DNA of 63,532 bases, filler included, from Rhabdomonas costata (GCA_019059605.1; 27 parts of 27 records of this genome joined end to end with filler, not necessarily neighbours in it); one strand, 5' to 3'; shown: positions 49,408 through 62,621, counted from the first letter of the whole stretch. Made by a program: numbers and translations. Notes: a model not told the origin generated them from the letters alone.

Positions 49408-49900
49408 NNNNNNNNNNNNNNNNNNNNNNNNNNNNNNNNNNNNNNNNNNNNTTAATTAATTAANNNNNNNNNNNNNNNNNNNNNNNNNNNNNNNNNNNNN
49501 NNNNNNNGGGGTTTTTTGATCATCCAACGTCACCCGCACATCGGTAGATCAAAAATGAAACCCCAGCTCACAGCGATAAACAACAAAGACAACTATGCGG
49601 ACATTGGTTATAAAGTGTGTATTTTTACTATCCTCACCCCGCTGTGGAGCCAAAAGGCGTCATTTTCGTTCCACTTTTTTCGCCTCTCGCTTTTTACGGG
49701 GAGCGGGCAATATATGATGCGTCCGTGGTTCCACCCCGCCTCCACAAGCTCAGGATATCTCCGGAAGAACACCAGTGGGTCAAATTGGTGCAAAATGCCG
49801 CGGAAGAAAAGGAATCCAGTGAGCCAAACGGCGAGGGTGACACTGGTGACAGCAAGGCAAGGATGGTGAAGAAAAATAAAACAAGAACGGTGGTGGAGAC

Positions 49901-51296
49901 CTTTACACGGTCGGCGAAGCCGCCCTTTTTGGCGGTGACCCATTTCCCGACCAGCATCGGGGCCAGAGGGACCACTCTGCCCGAGGTGTTGCTGAGGCTG
50001 GCACGGAACCATCTGCCGTACTGTACCATCCTACAACCGTTCCCGCAACAAAACAGACCTTTTGGGGTTGCCAACGAGTCACCAAAAATCACAAAAAGGG
50101 ACACAACCAGAACAGGTCGACAACCTGTCAAAAGAATACTCGGCTGGGTTTCGGTTGTGCAGACAACAACAGAAAGCAAGAGCGAAAGGCATTCAAACAA
50201 ATGCACACGTCCAAAGGCATAGGAAGAAGGCTTGCGCGAAAAGGAAACGAAAACTGCTCCTTAGAGCCGTTTTTCAACTTCTGGGAGCAAAAAACGGTGC
50301 ACACAAGGATACTAGATTCATGGGGGTGCACCAATCGGTTTCCATCTTCCAACGTCCTTGCATGAAAAAAACAAAAACCATGGCCGCAGATAAGGGGGCG
50401 ACGGCAGAGGCAGAGGCAGGGATCTTCTGGACTAACCGTATGTAGCACGACGAACACCACGAGAGGCATAGGAACAGTCAGACACGGTGTGCACAGTATC
50501 CTTTCCATTGCCCCCCCCCCTAAAAAACTTTTCCTTCAAAGACAAAGTGAAGGCATGCCTACGATGGGTGCTCAGCGGGATTCCCGGGTACCTTTCCACG
50601 TCATCCGGAAGGCCACTGACCTCCACAGTGTGTGGCAAGGGGGAGGCAATGTCTGGCCCTTGGGGCCGAGCCTTAATGGGGGACTCCCGGGGAGTCAGAA
50701 GAGAAGCAGCGCAGGACCCAAGGCTTCGGGCGGAAAACGAGATGCTACTGTATGTATGTGGTCATGCAGCGGAATATTGTCGGAGACACCTTCAAAAATC
50801 ACACCCGAGAAAAGTGTGCACGAAATCAGGCATTTTTGAATTCAGTGGTGAAAAAAGTTGGGTTCTCTATTCTTACCTCTTACCTGTGAGATGATGCGGG
50901 CCAAAACAATGCACATGAAAATAAAGATACTAGAACTAGTCCTTGTCCCTGTGACCTGTGACGATAGGGATTTGCAGTACCCTGTCACATTGTGATTCTT
51001 ATTTTGGATAAAACCACGCCTTTTCGGGGACTCCACAGCCCCCTCCTTTGGGGGACCACATCGACATGACAGTGGTGTTTCCAACGTCTTTGGAAAACAA
51101 CTCGCTCGCATTCCACCGAAGCCCATGTCAGGCGCACTTTCCGCAGAGGGAGAGCCGGCTGTGGCGGGGACAGCGCAGGCCTGGGGAGCGGGGCCGCAAC
51201 AGCTACACCCTGCAAAGTCCGGCTGTGAGCCACCCAAAGGTGCACGGTAAGGTACCCGCACAGCAGGGGAACCAAGGGTAGCAGTTTCTGCCTCAT
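49901..51296 (-). CDS. Type II membrane glycosyltransferase, fucosyltransferase-like (GT-B), first 3 exons
   Basis: Exons 51296-51138, 50671-50592 and 50030-49901 splice in frame. They give a signal anchor (MRQKLLPLVPLLCGYLTVHLWVAH), a Pro-rich stem, then VERMVQYGRWFRASL..KGGFADRVK, resembling the GG(L/F)(G/A)(D/N)R motif of GT23/GT37/O-fucosyltransferase-type enzymes. Confidence 0.6.
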
Positions 51297-52526
51297 CTTC
51301 GCCCCCAAACCCCACCTCCGGGAAGTCTCGGGAGAAGCCCAGCGCAGAATATCTCGCCTGACATCTCTACAAAAGTCCAAAGAAAGCAATAGTGCGCATT
51401 TTGGCACAGCACATACGGCATGAAAAACCGTAAAGAGCTGAACAAACAGAAAATAGGGAGCACACTGCAAACAGTATATTGCATCATTTCATTCAGTGAC
51501 ATTGCCAGGCACAACTTCGTATTACTTACTGATGCACACACCAGATTCGACCGGCAGTGTCAAAAACAAACAAAAAACATCACTTTCCTGTTGACCCAGT
51601 TGATAAGAGCCCAACAGGCTCCAAAGTGGTAAGCGGTAGGGGCAAATTTAGGGTAAGATTGAGTCCAGCACGCGACATGAGCGTTTTGGAGAGCTCTACA
51701 GCGCGGCGCAGATCATGAAAAGCAGCGGAAAAGGTTCCATTCAAGCTTCCACAACCACCCNNNNNNNNNNNNNNNNNNNNNNNNNNNNNNNNNNNNNNNN
51801 NNNNTTAATTAATTAANNNNNNNNNNNNNNNNNNNNNNNNNNNNNNNNNNNNNNNNNNNNCTTGTCAATTCTAGGGCGCACCACAAGATTGCTGCCTCAG
51901 CTCAAGGCAGGGTGGGAAAAAGTGAAGCCTGCAAACTTCGAAACTGCAAGCGGGGCAGGCCTCCAAATTTGCATTTTTTTTATGTTACTTTTTCGACCTC
52001 TTGGCCATTTACCCCTGCTGATTGAGACGAAAACCCATGTGAACCTGTCTGTAATACGGTGATGTGCGATGATACGGTAATACGATGATGGGGTCGAAAC
52101 GTCAGCTTGAGGTGCACTTTGTGGCATCGCATTCTTGGTCTCGCTGGTTTGGATTTTCCCTCCCCTGCTCCAGAATGGCATTGCAAGATGCGAAGTATGA
52201 AGAGAAGGTGATGCGTTTGCTTGGTGTTTTTGGGCTCCAGAAAAGTTGAATCCCCTCCAGTTCTCCAGTGTTTTGTTATCTGGTGCAATACCTGTGATCT
52301 GCAGTGGTTTCGGTCTTTTCTCCAACCTGATGAATTTTTCTGTGCTTCCACCGGACTTCTACTTCGGCGCGTGTGCTTGCGTTCTGGAAGCTTGTCTTTG
52401 CGGTGGTTGCGAAGATCTTTGCTGCCTGGTAAGCATTTGAATTCCTTTTATGATTAATTTTGGGGGCAGAAGGAGCCGTTTCTGCTTTTTCCTCTCTCCT
52501 TTTGTGACAGCAGTGGAACCCTGCAG

Positions 52527-53395
52527 GAACATTGGTGGTGTGTGGCTGCCTCGACGGCAGTGTGACCCTTTGGGACTTTGGCACCCGCCGAATCTGCGGT
52601 GTTCTCCGTGCAACGGGCTGCACTTCGGCAGTCACCGCTCTTTCGTTCGGGCACGATCGGCCCTGGCTTGCATGCTGCTCCCATGGGTCGAAGATGCTTC
52701 TGGTTTGGGACATCCCTTCGAAGTCGCTGGTGAGGCAGCTGCGGTTTGATGCACCTGTCGGTCGCGTCTGCCTGTCCTCTCGTTCGGCCAGGTGTGAGCC
52801 TGTGTGACTGCAATCGATGCACTCATCGGACTTTTTCGGGGGAAGGGTTTTTTGTCAAATCGCAGTTATAATGCATAATGCAATATGGCGCAGTGGAATA
52901 CCGCGATTCGGCGCAATTGGAATTCGGATCTACAGTTATCCAGTTATCCGGGTCCCAGTCGATTCCCCACCCTCCCGCTCTGTTCCCCGCAATTCAAGGT
53001 TACGTCACAGCTACTTTTTAAGCTGCGAATGAATAAGAAAACGTTTCGTGAACGAAAAAAGTCTGAAAGTCGAAGGTCGAAGGTCGAAGGTCGACCAAAA
53101 GAAACCACTTTATCTGCTGGGATTTCCGACCCATCCTGCGATGCGTCCCCTGGCTCCAGCGTATAGCTATTTCTTATTCTGTATGTATTTTACATGGTTC
53201 TGTGTGCTCAGGTTTTGTTTAGTCAGCAGTGATGTGGTGTTTCCCTTCTTGGTGGACTTGGAAGCACCTCAGCTCGCTGTCCATGTCTCCCGGCTCGCTT
53301 CGCTGGAGGAGCTAAATAACAGCCCCAGCCCGCAGTGTGGTGCGGTATTTGATCACGAGGGAGAGCGTGTTTACTACGGCACAAGCTCTGGAAAG
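52527..53395 (+). CDS. RBBP5: WD40 protein RBBP5/Swd1 (COMPASS subunit), 2 exons
   Basis: Exons 52527-52791 and 53212-53395: GTLVVCGCLDGSVTLWDFGTRRI..QLRFDAPV..AVFDHEGERVYYGTSSGK, matching RBBP5 GTLLAVGCNDGRIVIWDFLTRGI..FRFPSPI..FDRRGEYIYTGNAKGK. Confidence 0.85.
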
Positions 53396-54216
53396 GTACC
53401 GACTTTTTGCATCATCTTTTGCCTGTGGGTGTTATTATTATTTGCTTATTAATCATCTAATAACTGATTCATATTAATAGTTATAGCACGTTACACCGCA
53501 AACTCAGAACACATGCGTTTCTGCCTCAGTAGCATGAAAGCCTTTAAAACATATCGTGTGCATCCACAAACCAGCCTAACGGCATTTTATAGCGTTCCCA
53601 GGACTTCAATTGGAAACTCGTAACAGACTAAATTCTGAGTTTCGGGATGTAACTTACCTTACAGAAGACCTTAGGCGTGCTTCGGTGCCCTTTTGTGCCG
53701 CTTCTTGCCCACGCAGCGTAACGACAGCACCCACAACGTATGCATTATTTGTATATTTTTTAATTTTTCATCCCCGGCCCATTACCCCGACTCATCCGCC
53801 CAAGAAATCCTTCTACCACCCATGACACAAACCCAGCATCACATCCCAACCACCATACTTTGTATTAAAGTTAGTCTAAGAAATTATTGTTTCAACTGAG
53901 ACACCCGGTATTTGAGCCTCCTGGTGCGATGAGAAAGAATACCTGCTACCGAATTTCTGGTTCTCTATTTTCTTTCTGCTCCAATCCCTTCTGTTGGGAA
54001 ATGCAAAACGCCCTGTTCAGGTTCTTGTTGTCGGGACCACCTCTTCCGGCCCTCCGAAGCGGACGATCGATGTGTCACCGCGTGGTCCGGAAGAGGTGGT
54101 CCCGACAACAAAAAACNNNNNNNNNNNNNNNNNNNNNNNNNNNNNNNNNNNNNNNNNNNNTTAATTAATTAANNNNNNNNNNNNNNNNNNNNNNNNNNNN
54201 NNNNNNNNNNNNNNNN

Positions 54217-56472
54217 TGTGTGTGGTGGTAGCTTGCTGTGTTTGCGGTTTCAGGGTCATGGTGTGTTGGTGTTCGCGATTTAGTTGCTGGTGGTGTTGGA
54301 GTTGCTGTGACGTCAGGAGGGAACTAGAGCAGCGAGTGAACGACCTAGTAGAGAACATGAACGAGTGAAAAGAGTGAATGTGAACGACAAGCAGTGAACA
54401 TAAACAAGAGGAGCGTAGCGACGACTGTGAATGTGAACCGTGATCAAAATAACGGATGCAAGGAACAGGAGGAACAGCGTAGCGAGTTTGACGAGTGTGA
54501 CCCAGGAGAGAACATGAGCGTAGCAATTTCGAACGACAGAAGAAACAAGTATTGTAGAGGAACATGAACACTAACATGAGCGTAGCTATTGTCAGAGTGA
54601 AGGAGCATTAGCGACGCAATTGCGAGTGTGACGATTGTAATTGTGAACTGCATGACAACTGTAGGAATATGAACACGAACGCAGTGAGTGTGAATGTAAC
54701 GAACCATGATAAAGTATGAACATAAACAGTAACGACCATCGCAAGTGACTGTGAGTGTAAACAGTATTGGCAGCTTGCCATAACTGACAACGTCACTGTT
54801 TGCCGAATTCCTTTTTCTCACCACATCAGCTTGGACATCCAGAGGGAGGTCAGAGGAACCTACTGCAGAATTCCAAATGCCGACCCCGAATGCAAAGAGC
54901 GAACCCGAAACTCAAAACCTCCATTCGAATGTATGAATACTAATACATTGCGGCTGAAAAAATGTATCCAACCTGTTTTACCACAAACACAGAAACGAGA
55001 ATTGGAGGTACCAGCCTCCATCAAAGTGTAAAGGTACCCTGTATACCATTTTGTGACACACTACCATAAACTGTAATGTTTCAATCTGCTTCCACCAAAT
55101 CCCGAAATCCAAAGACGTGGGAGTAAGATATGTGTGTGTGTAACAGTGTAAGAATAATGCATTCACTCCATTCAATCACCATCCCAAAATGCCACAATAG
55201 TACGTCTTACATGCTCTACATACCCACTAGTGTTCCTATTCTTTGCTGATCGCCTATTTCACTACGTTACGTAGGCTTCAGAAAAGCTGAACCACAAAGA
55301 CCGAATGCGAATACTAACCCCGAACTCAGAACTCAAACCCCGAAGACGAACCCCCACAAAGAGACCCAATGGTGGGTGTCCCTGCGGGGCCCTTTAACTC
55401 ACCCTGGGTCCATCAGAGGGTGCGCAGGTGTGGTAGAGGTGAGAGCACCTGCGGTAGGTCATGCATCCATGCGTAGGTGCTGGTGGTTGGGGTACCTTGG
55501 GCTCACATATCTGTCTCTGGTAGGGTTGTGGTTCCTGGGTGCATCTTGGTGACTTCTGCATCCATGGTGGTTCTGAGCGTATGGTGAGAGTGAGACAGAG
55601 GTGGTGGTGATGGTGGTGGTTCCTGCGCTGGATATTTGAGTTGGGGTTCGGTCTCATGGTTCATCTTTTTGTTTTTGGGTCTTTGGGTTTCGGATTTCTG
55701 GTGGTTCGATTTCTGAGTGGGGGTTCTGAGTGCAGGTGTATGCGGGTATTCTGGGGTACGAGTGAGACAAAGCGTGGCATCGGGGATGATAGGGTGCATC
55801 GGGGTGTGTCATGGAGGTGGATGGTGGGTGTATGGTGGCGGTATCAGGCATGGGGTGGTTCTGAGCGTAGGGTGATAGTGAGACAGAGGTTGTGGTGAGG
55901 GTGGTGGTTCCAGCGGTAGGTCATGCATCAGTGGGTGCTGGTAGGGTGTGGGTATCTGCATATCTGTCTCACGTGGTGTTTCGGGTTGCGTGTGAGTTTT
56001 TGGGTTTGCTCTTTGGTGTTTGGGGTTTGGGTTTCGTTGTCTGGTTGCATTGGGTTTCTGTCTGCATGGGTGGTGTTTATCTTGGTGGTTAGGGGCTGAT
56101 GTTGGGACAGGGTTCATTGGAGGTGCTGAGTTCAGGTTGCAGGTTGCGCGTAATATTAGGCCTTCTTTAGTACGGTTGTCTTCCCTCTGTTGTCAGGGGC
56201 TAGGAGTCGATGTTGGGAGTGGGATTTACACATGTTTTGAGGTTCGGCCTTCGCTTTCTGCCTTCTGCATTCTGTGTTGTGGTTCGGACTTCAGGTAGCG
56301 GTGCCTGCCTTCATGGTTTATGTCTCAGGGTTCGCTTCTATTTGCCTTCTGTCTTCGGGGTTGGGTGTCGTGGTTGGTTTCGCGTTTATGTCTTCTGGTT
56401 CGGCATTCGTCTCCGGCGTTCGTGGTGACTAGGCTGCAACAATGGGAGCTAGAAGTTTGTGCCTAGTCACCA
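54217..56472. repeat. Second gene-free, strand-asymmetric repeat contig
   Basis: Purine-rich block 54310-54780 with (GAACATGA)GCGTAGC repeats. G/T-rich block 55370-56430 with duplicated GGTGGTTCTGAGCGTA..GTGAGACAGAGG (about 55566 and 55855) and GCGGTAGGTCATGCATC..CATATCTGTCTC (about 55451 and 55913). Confidence 0.75.
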
Positions 56473-57506
56473 NNNNNNNNNNNNNNNNNNNNNNNNNNNN
56501 NNNNNNNNNNNNNNNNTTAATTAATTAANNNNNNNNNNNNNNNNNNNNNNNNNNNNNNNNNNNNNNNNNNNNGGGGTGTTGTGGCGCTGCTTTTGGCAGG
56601 GACCCCCATACAGACGCTTCTTGTTTCTTTGCTGTTTGCCCTTCTCTCCCTTCTCACCTCGTCTCTGTGAACCTGGAGTGCAGAGGGCTTGGTGCCTTTC
56701 AGGGACTATCCCTTATTGGTCTTGCGGGTACGAGATGAAAAAGGGACTGCTCGCAAAAGGGCTCTCGTCGCTTTGTTTGCTTTTCGGGCGACGAAGAGGG
56801 CGTTGCAGCCCTTTCTTCGCATTGATAGAGTGGTTGAAGAGTGAGAGGACAGAGATGGCCTTCGCGTGGCGAAGCCGACTTTTGATGTGGGAAGCGAAGA
56901 CGGGCTGCTCACCTTCTGTTGTTCCCTCGTGCAGTTTTTCTTGAAAGAAATAGTGCAAGCGAAGATGTTGCGGGGAGGGCGAGAATGTTTGCACAGTGTA
57001 GGAGTAGGGAAAGGCACGACGGTCAAAAAATTGCAAATTAAACTGTAGAATCATTTCTTGTGTGAAAAATCGAAGCTCCATCGTTGCAGTTGGAGGGCGG
57101 ATCACACTGCTTATGTGGTGTCTTTCTGTCTTCACCCAGCCCTCACGTTAATTGTTCAAAGTGAAAGTGACATTTGCTGAACCCCTTGGCCGGGTAAAGC
57201 ATGCGCTAACCAGCGCCCCGTTGTTGAGGCGCACAGGCCTTTCTGCCATCCATGTATCCAATGGCAATATCGCCATGCTTGTTTTGCTTCACTCCCCTAG
57301 AAGAGTAATGAGCAACTGTCGGGGTTTGGCGGGCTGTTACCTCGCCGTGGAACGTTGCAAGTTGCGATACAGCGGACTCACTCTCGAGGTCGCGCGGAGC
57401 ACCGTGTCGCGATTCGACCTCCTCTTCAGCTTTACATCACTTTTCTGCATCCTTTTCCTCATTCTGTCATTTTGAGGTTTTGGGGAGTTTCCCTTGAAAT
57501 TCCGCT

Positions 57507-58513
57507 ATGTCCACGGATCTCCCTTCCGAGGGCACCGGGGGCAGCAGCGGGGACATGCTCGCCCTGCTGCCCACCTTTCCTGACAAGGCGACGTACGATG
57601 ACGGGGATCTGCTCGCACTGGCCAGCGCTGTTTTGGACAAGCTTGCTCCGTGGCGTTTCGCAGAGCCCCGCTCGCTGGTGATCCCCCCGACGGGAACGGA
57701 GAAGTGGGACAAGGTTGGTGACTGTCTTTTTCTCTCCGCTAATGTGCTGCTGCAAAGCCCGCTTCGGGATTTGAGACAACCTTGGGAGTGGTTTTGGTTT
57801 CTGGTTTCTGGTTTCTGGTTTGTCCTCAATGCCCTCTCTGAAGGCAGGGTTGCAGTTTTCCCGAATTCTTTATGAAAGGGTCATTGCTGAACTTGACTGG
57901 ACACGCAAAAGGATAAGTATCTCGTCGTCTCAGTTGTCGTGCATAAGGATCGCGATATGCGGTGGAACGTTGCTCGGAATGCTTCGTGGTCATCGACCTT
58001 TTTGGAAAATTCATTTGGGCTTATAAAGGAAGAGGGATGTAGATGTAATACTGCTTGATCGAACAAGCGGAAGTTCTCATTCAAACCAAAAACAACAAGG
58101 AAAAGTGCCATTTGATTTAAAATTGACAAGCGAAAATTCATTTTACACTTAGCCAGAAGCCAGAGTCGAAAAATTCTCTGACGTGGACAAGCTTTTTGCT
58201 TTTGCAAATACCATATCCACTTTGCAGAGAGGTCGATTTATGAAGGAATGAGGAAAGGGGAAAAACTTGAAATGGGGCGCAACACACCACACCCACACTG
58301 GTTGGCCGGGGCATATTTTGCACCCTCCTGCCTTTTGCGGTTGCTTGATCCTCACAAAGATGCGAGCCCCAGAGACCTACCTGCTTCGCGAGAACTCCTC
58401 GGGCTCGACCTCGATGCTGTCCATCCTTGAGACCTCCCTGAACCGGGTCACCAGGGTCATGGACGAGGGCCCGATGTGCGATCTGGCGAAGCTGGTGCTG
58501 GGGGGTCGTGCAC
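57507..58513 (+). CDS. Hypothetical protein, first two exons
   Basis: Exons 57507-57713 and 58360-~58513 join in phase 0 (..IPPTGTEKWDKMRAPETYLLRENSSG..). GC3-rich codons; family not recognised. Confidence 0.65.
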
Positions 58514-58730
58514 GTGCGTAGTTGGGCCAACATTTTTGAGAAGGCCCAGTGCTTTTTAGTATGCTCGGCTATCATTTCTCTTTCTAGCTACATATATTAC
58601 GTCTGAAACCAGGTTGCTTCGGCACCTCACTCTTCCTGTTCTTCTGGATTTTGTCACTGCCCACGACACCTTTTTTTTACAGCGTTTGTAGATACGTCAG
58701 CTCATACAACAGACCCCTGCACTGATGCAG

Positions 58731-58822
58731 CCCCTCTCCTCTTCCCCCTCCCCTTCTCCCCCTCTCTCCTTCTCTCTCTTCTCCCTCCTTCTCCCCCCTT
58801 CTCTCCCCCCCCCCCCAACCCC
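58731..58822. repeat. Polypyrimidine (C/T) low-complexity tract
   Basis: About 90 nt almost exclusively C and T at the contig end. Confidence 0.9.
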
Positions 58823-59245
58823 NNNNNNNNNNNNNNNNNNNNNNNNNNNNNNNNNNNNNNNNNNNNTTAATTAATTAANNNNNNNNNNNNNNNNNNNNNN
58901 NNNNNNNNNNNNNNNNNNNNNNTTGTTTTTTGTATGCCTAAATGAAAGGTTTCTTGGGGGGGGGGCATCGTTACTATGTGAGATTCGACAATAAAGATCC
59001 ACCTCTGGGGACTATTGTGCTCCGCTAAACGCTTAGCTCAGAACGCAAGGGCGATGAACGGTTCCTCGGAGATGGCGATAGGTTAGGTAAACTGTGTCAA
59101 CTACCTCTAAATACAAAATTTTTTTTAGTAAAATGGGGTTAATTTTATTGTTTTTGTGATCCCTAGAGATACTTGTTTTGAATTGAGCGGAGTTTGGAAA
59201 TTTGTGACCGTTTAGCGGTACTAAACGTTGTTGTTTTTTCTGCAG

Positions 59246-59460
59246 AGGGGTTCCCGCTGACCAGCGTGCTGTTCCACACTGAGCCCTCCAGCGGCTTCCC
59301 CTGGGAGCCTTACCTCACCGCTGTGATGCACCGCGCCATGCTTCGTGGGGAGCACTCCATGGCGGCAGAGGCGGCACCGGGAAAGCTTTGGAGGCCCCTA
59401 CAAGCCGCATGCCGGGCGCGGGTGCTTCTGCAGCAGAGGCAGCAGGAGGAGCTGAGGGAG
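59246..59460 (+). CDS. Internal exon of an unidentified protein
   Basis: Polypyrimidine-CAG acceptor, GC-rich frame GFPLTSVLFHTEP..LLQQRQQEELRE, then a GAG|GTATC donor. Confidence 0.6.
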
Positions 59461-61279
59461 GTATCTCTGAATTTATGGTAGAGTTGCAGTTTGGTGGAGC
59501 GTTGCAGTGGAGAGGACTGCAGTGGAGCGTAGGGAACGGCGTTGATGGGACATCAGACGGGAGGAAAGCAGTGAGGTATTGCAAAAATGTTTTGATTCTT
59601 GGGAATTTAGAGAAAATGTAAACGAAGTGGTAAACGAAGAGATCGTTGGCTAAATTCGAAATAAAAAGGGGCTTAAAATGGGCAGTAATTCTGTGTCCGT
59701 TACCCATTTCTCCGCGGCTCAGTGTTGGGCCCCAAAAGGTGCAGGGCCGGGAGGGAGACACTGCCATTGACCAAATGGGGGCAGCGGGATCGAATTTTTG
59801 GTGAAAAAGGCACCTGAGCAAAAACCAGGCAGAATGGTCCGAAAATGGGCCAAAAACAGCTCAAAACCAGCCAAAAGTATGGCTCAGGCGCCACTGTCGG
59901 GGGAGTATTTTTTTTGAAACGCTTCATGGTAACCAGTCTTTATCGGGAGGAAACAGGACCTGACAAGCGTTTGCACGCGAGAGGGTGAATTATTGTCTCC
60001 CTTCTAAATCGATTTTGGTCATTTAAAATGGTCAAAATGGCCTTGGGTGTTTTCCAAATGCTGAAAATGGCCCAAAAACGACTTTAAAAGGCTCTTCGGT
60101 CCAAAACAATCGCATTACTTCGATCCCTTCACAGGCACTGCTGCACATCCAGCACACACATACAATGGCGTTTTTGTGGGAAGGATTCGAGATCCGCTTC
60201 TGTCTGGGCTCCAAACCCTCGATAGGCATGGGCCAATCGGCCCATCCGGGCCTAACCCCCATGAGCACTCCGTAAGCCTGGCTACGCCTTGTCATCTGCT
60301 CTCTTGTACTATCTTTACACCAGTCTTGGTGGTCCCCATGATTCGCAGTGCAGACGGAAATTTGGGAACCCCCCGACTGGCGCGTTTAGTGACCTCTTTC
60401 TGGGCGCACTCGTACATTGCCCAAAGAAATACACGCACACAGAATATCAACAAGTAAGACTCTTGGGCAAATCCATCTCCAAAGATCAGCAGGGAAATTT
60501 ATTAACCTTCCTTTCGGTAGCTGCCTAAACACGCTCTTTCACATTAAGGGTTATGTTCTGATTCTCGACTGCGACAGAAAAAGGCTACGTCCTCCTCCCC
60601 GGAGCAAACCTGCGACGTTCTGCTCCCAGGTCTCGAAGCGGCGGGCGTCTGGGAGGACCTGGTAGGAGTCCCGGGAAACCCAATCCGCACCCTTGCCATC
60701 CAGAAACTGGGGCTCATTCAGCCTGGACAACCCACCACCCAGATGCTCTGTCCACTCGCGATTGGCAATGGGAACGCATCGAGGCGGATATTTTGCAGTG
60801 TTACCTTCTCTACAACGCGGCTTTGCAAAACTCGGTACTTCCTCTCATGTGCATCCCACCAGCTCGGCTTGCTGGCAGAGAGAAAAATGAAAAGTAGAGA
60901 GAGCCGATGCACCAAAGGTCTAATGCGAGGCTGTCCTTGCAACCCCTGACGGCGGCCGTTTAGACAAGGACACCCACCGCGTGCTGGTATTCGCATGACC
61001 GCATGAAAGAGCCACCATGCCACCACTTCAGTTCAAGCACGTGGCGTGGCGAAAAGGCCTCTGAGTGCACCAACGCCAACGTGTGCCAAGGCTCTTTATA
61101 TAAACCGGTTTCTCTCATTTGTGGCCTCTGCTGATAATGCCGTTCGTAGACGGTTAGTAGACGGCATACAAAAACACNNNNNNNNNNNNNNNNNNNNNNN
61201 NNNNNNNNNNNNNNNNNNNNNTTAATTAATTAANNNNNNNNNNNNNNNNNNNNNNNNNNNNNNNNNNNNNNNNNNNNTT

Positions 61280-61395
61280 TTTGGTTTATCTTTGGAGGTG
61301 GGGAATGGGTGCACCAATTGCCAGAAGCTCTGCGAACACCCCGCCAAAAATCACGGTTCATTTGACTCAATCCCCACCTCCAAAGATAAACCAAA
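61280..61395. repeat. Inverted repeat with 25-bp perfect arms (MITE/fold-back-like)
   Basis: TTTGGTTTATCTTTGGAGGTGGGGA (61280-61304) and TCCCCACCTCCAAAGATAAACCAAA (61371-61395). Confidence 0.88.
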
Positions 61396-62621
61396 GATGA
61401 AGCATTCACAGTAAATCACAATACATCATCACAGCAAACAATGTTGGGGCCACAAAGGTTTGGCATGGCGTAGAACCAGCATTGAAACCGGAATGCATGA
61501 AAAAGATCATTGGGCGATCAAGGTAATACAAGCAAAGACGACAGCCGACAAAATGTCGCCAAGTGGTTTTTGCATCGTGTTGCGGATTGTCAGTAGCAGT
61601 GGCATTCGGTCATTCTATGGAGGATGCTTCTGCGAAACCAAACCTCAGCCCCCAACCCCCAACACCCCACCTTCGCAATCTAGACCAAACCATTTCAAGC
61701 TTAAAGCTGACTCGAAGGGCTGCAGAGCGAAAACAAGTGTCCAACCATTTCCCTATTTATCTGTTGCTCCTGAACAGCCGGGCCAGTGACAGTGACGGAC
61801 CAATGACATGCAGCATCCAGGCTAGTGTGCGGATATCTACTCGTGCACCTTGGGCCCGCACAAATTCATGTGGTGGGGGATCACGACGCTCTTGCCGCCG
61901 CTGCTCTGACACCCGTCAAAGCATTGCGCTGCCTGAGCCCCAACGTGGTCCGCACTGCAGTATGGCAGCTCCGCCGTGGGCGGCACAAAACCCACCACGC
62001 TACCGTGCAGCACAGGCTGTAGGGTGCCTTTAAAGGAAATCACGTTAAGGAACCAAACACACCAAAACACGCACTGCGCAGTGCTGCTCCTGCGCAGTGG
62101 TCCTCACACCCCATGCGTAAAGTACGGTGGTAGGATGCTACAAAATCCGGGGTGCCCCAGTCGAAATGGGATTGAAATGAGTTTCGAAAATTTCGGGTGA
62201 ATACGGATTGACAGACAAGAGGCGGCGTTGGGGCATTATTATGTGGGTAACTCTGATATGGCTCCACAGGCACAGTAAGACTTGGAAGCCGGCTCTCTTC
62301 GTTTCAGAGCTGAAAGAAAGAGGTTTAACAGAAGTAGTCGCACGGCGCGCACCCGGTCTCCCGCTCCACTCGTCAGACTTGGGGTCTTCCAAGGTCATTG
62401 AATGGATTTCACACCACCCAAGAAAAAGCAGAAGGACAGCAGAGCTTCGTTGAGGTAACAAACCTCCAGGGTGACAACGCAGAAATGTCACATGGAAAGA
62501 AAGGTAGTTCGCTTTTCTGGTTTGCTAACGGCTGAATGTGCTGCTGGGAAGGAATGCGTTCTGGCATGGGGCAACTCAAAACGGGAAGGGAAAGGGGCAA
62601 CGCAACACAAGCACAACACAC

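Noticed and set aside
53069..53094. (GTCGAAG)x3.5 tandem repeat
   Set aside because: Short intronic minisatellite without spacers; not CRISPR-like.
54780..55330. Possible mitochondrial gene module (TGA=Trp) between the repeat blocks
   Set aside because: My translations gave no recognisable cox, cob, nad or atp sequence.
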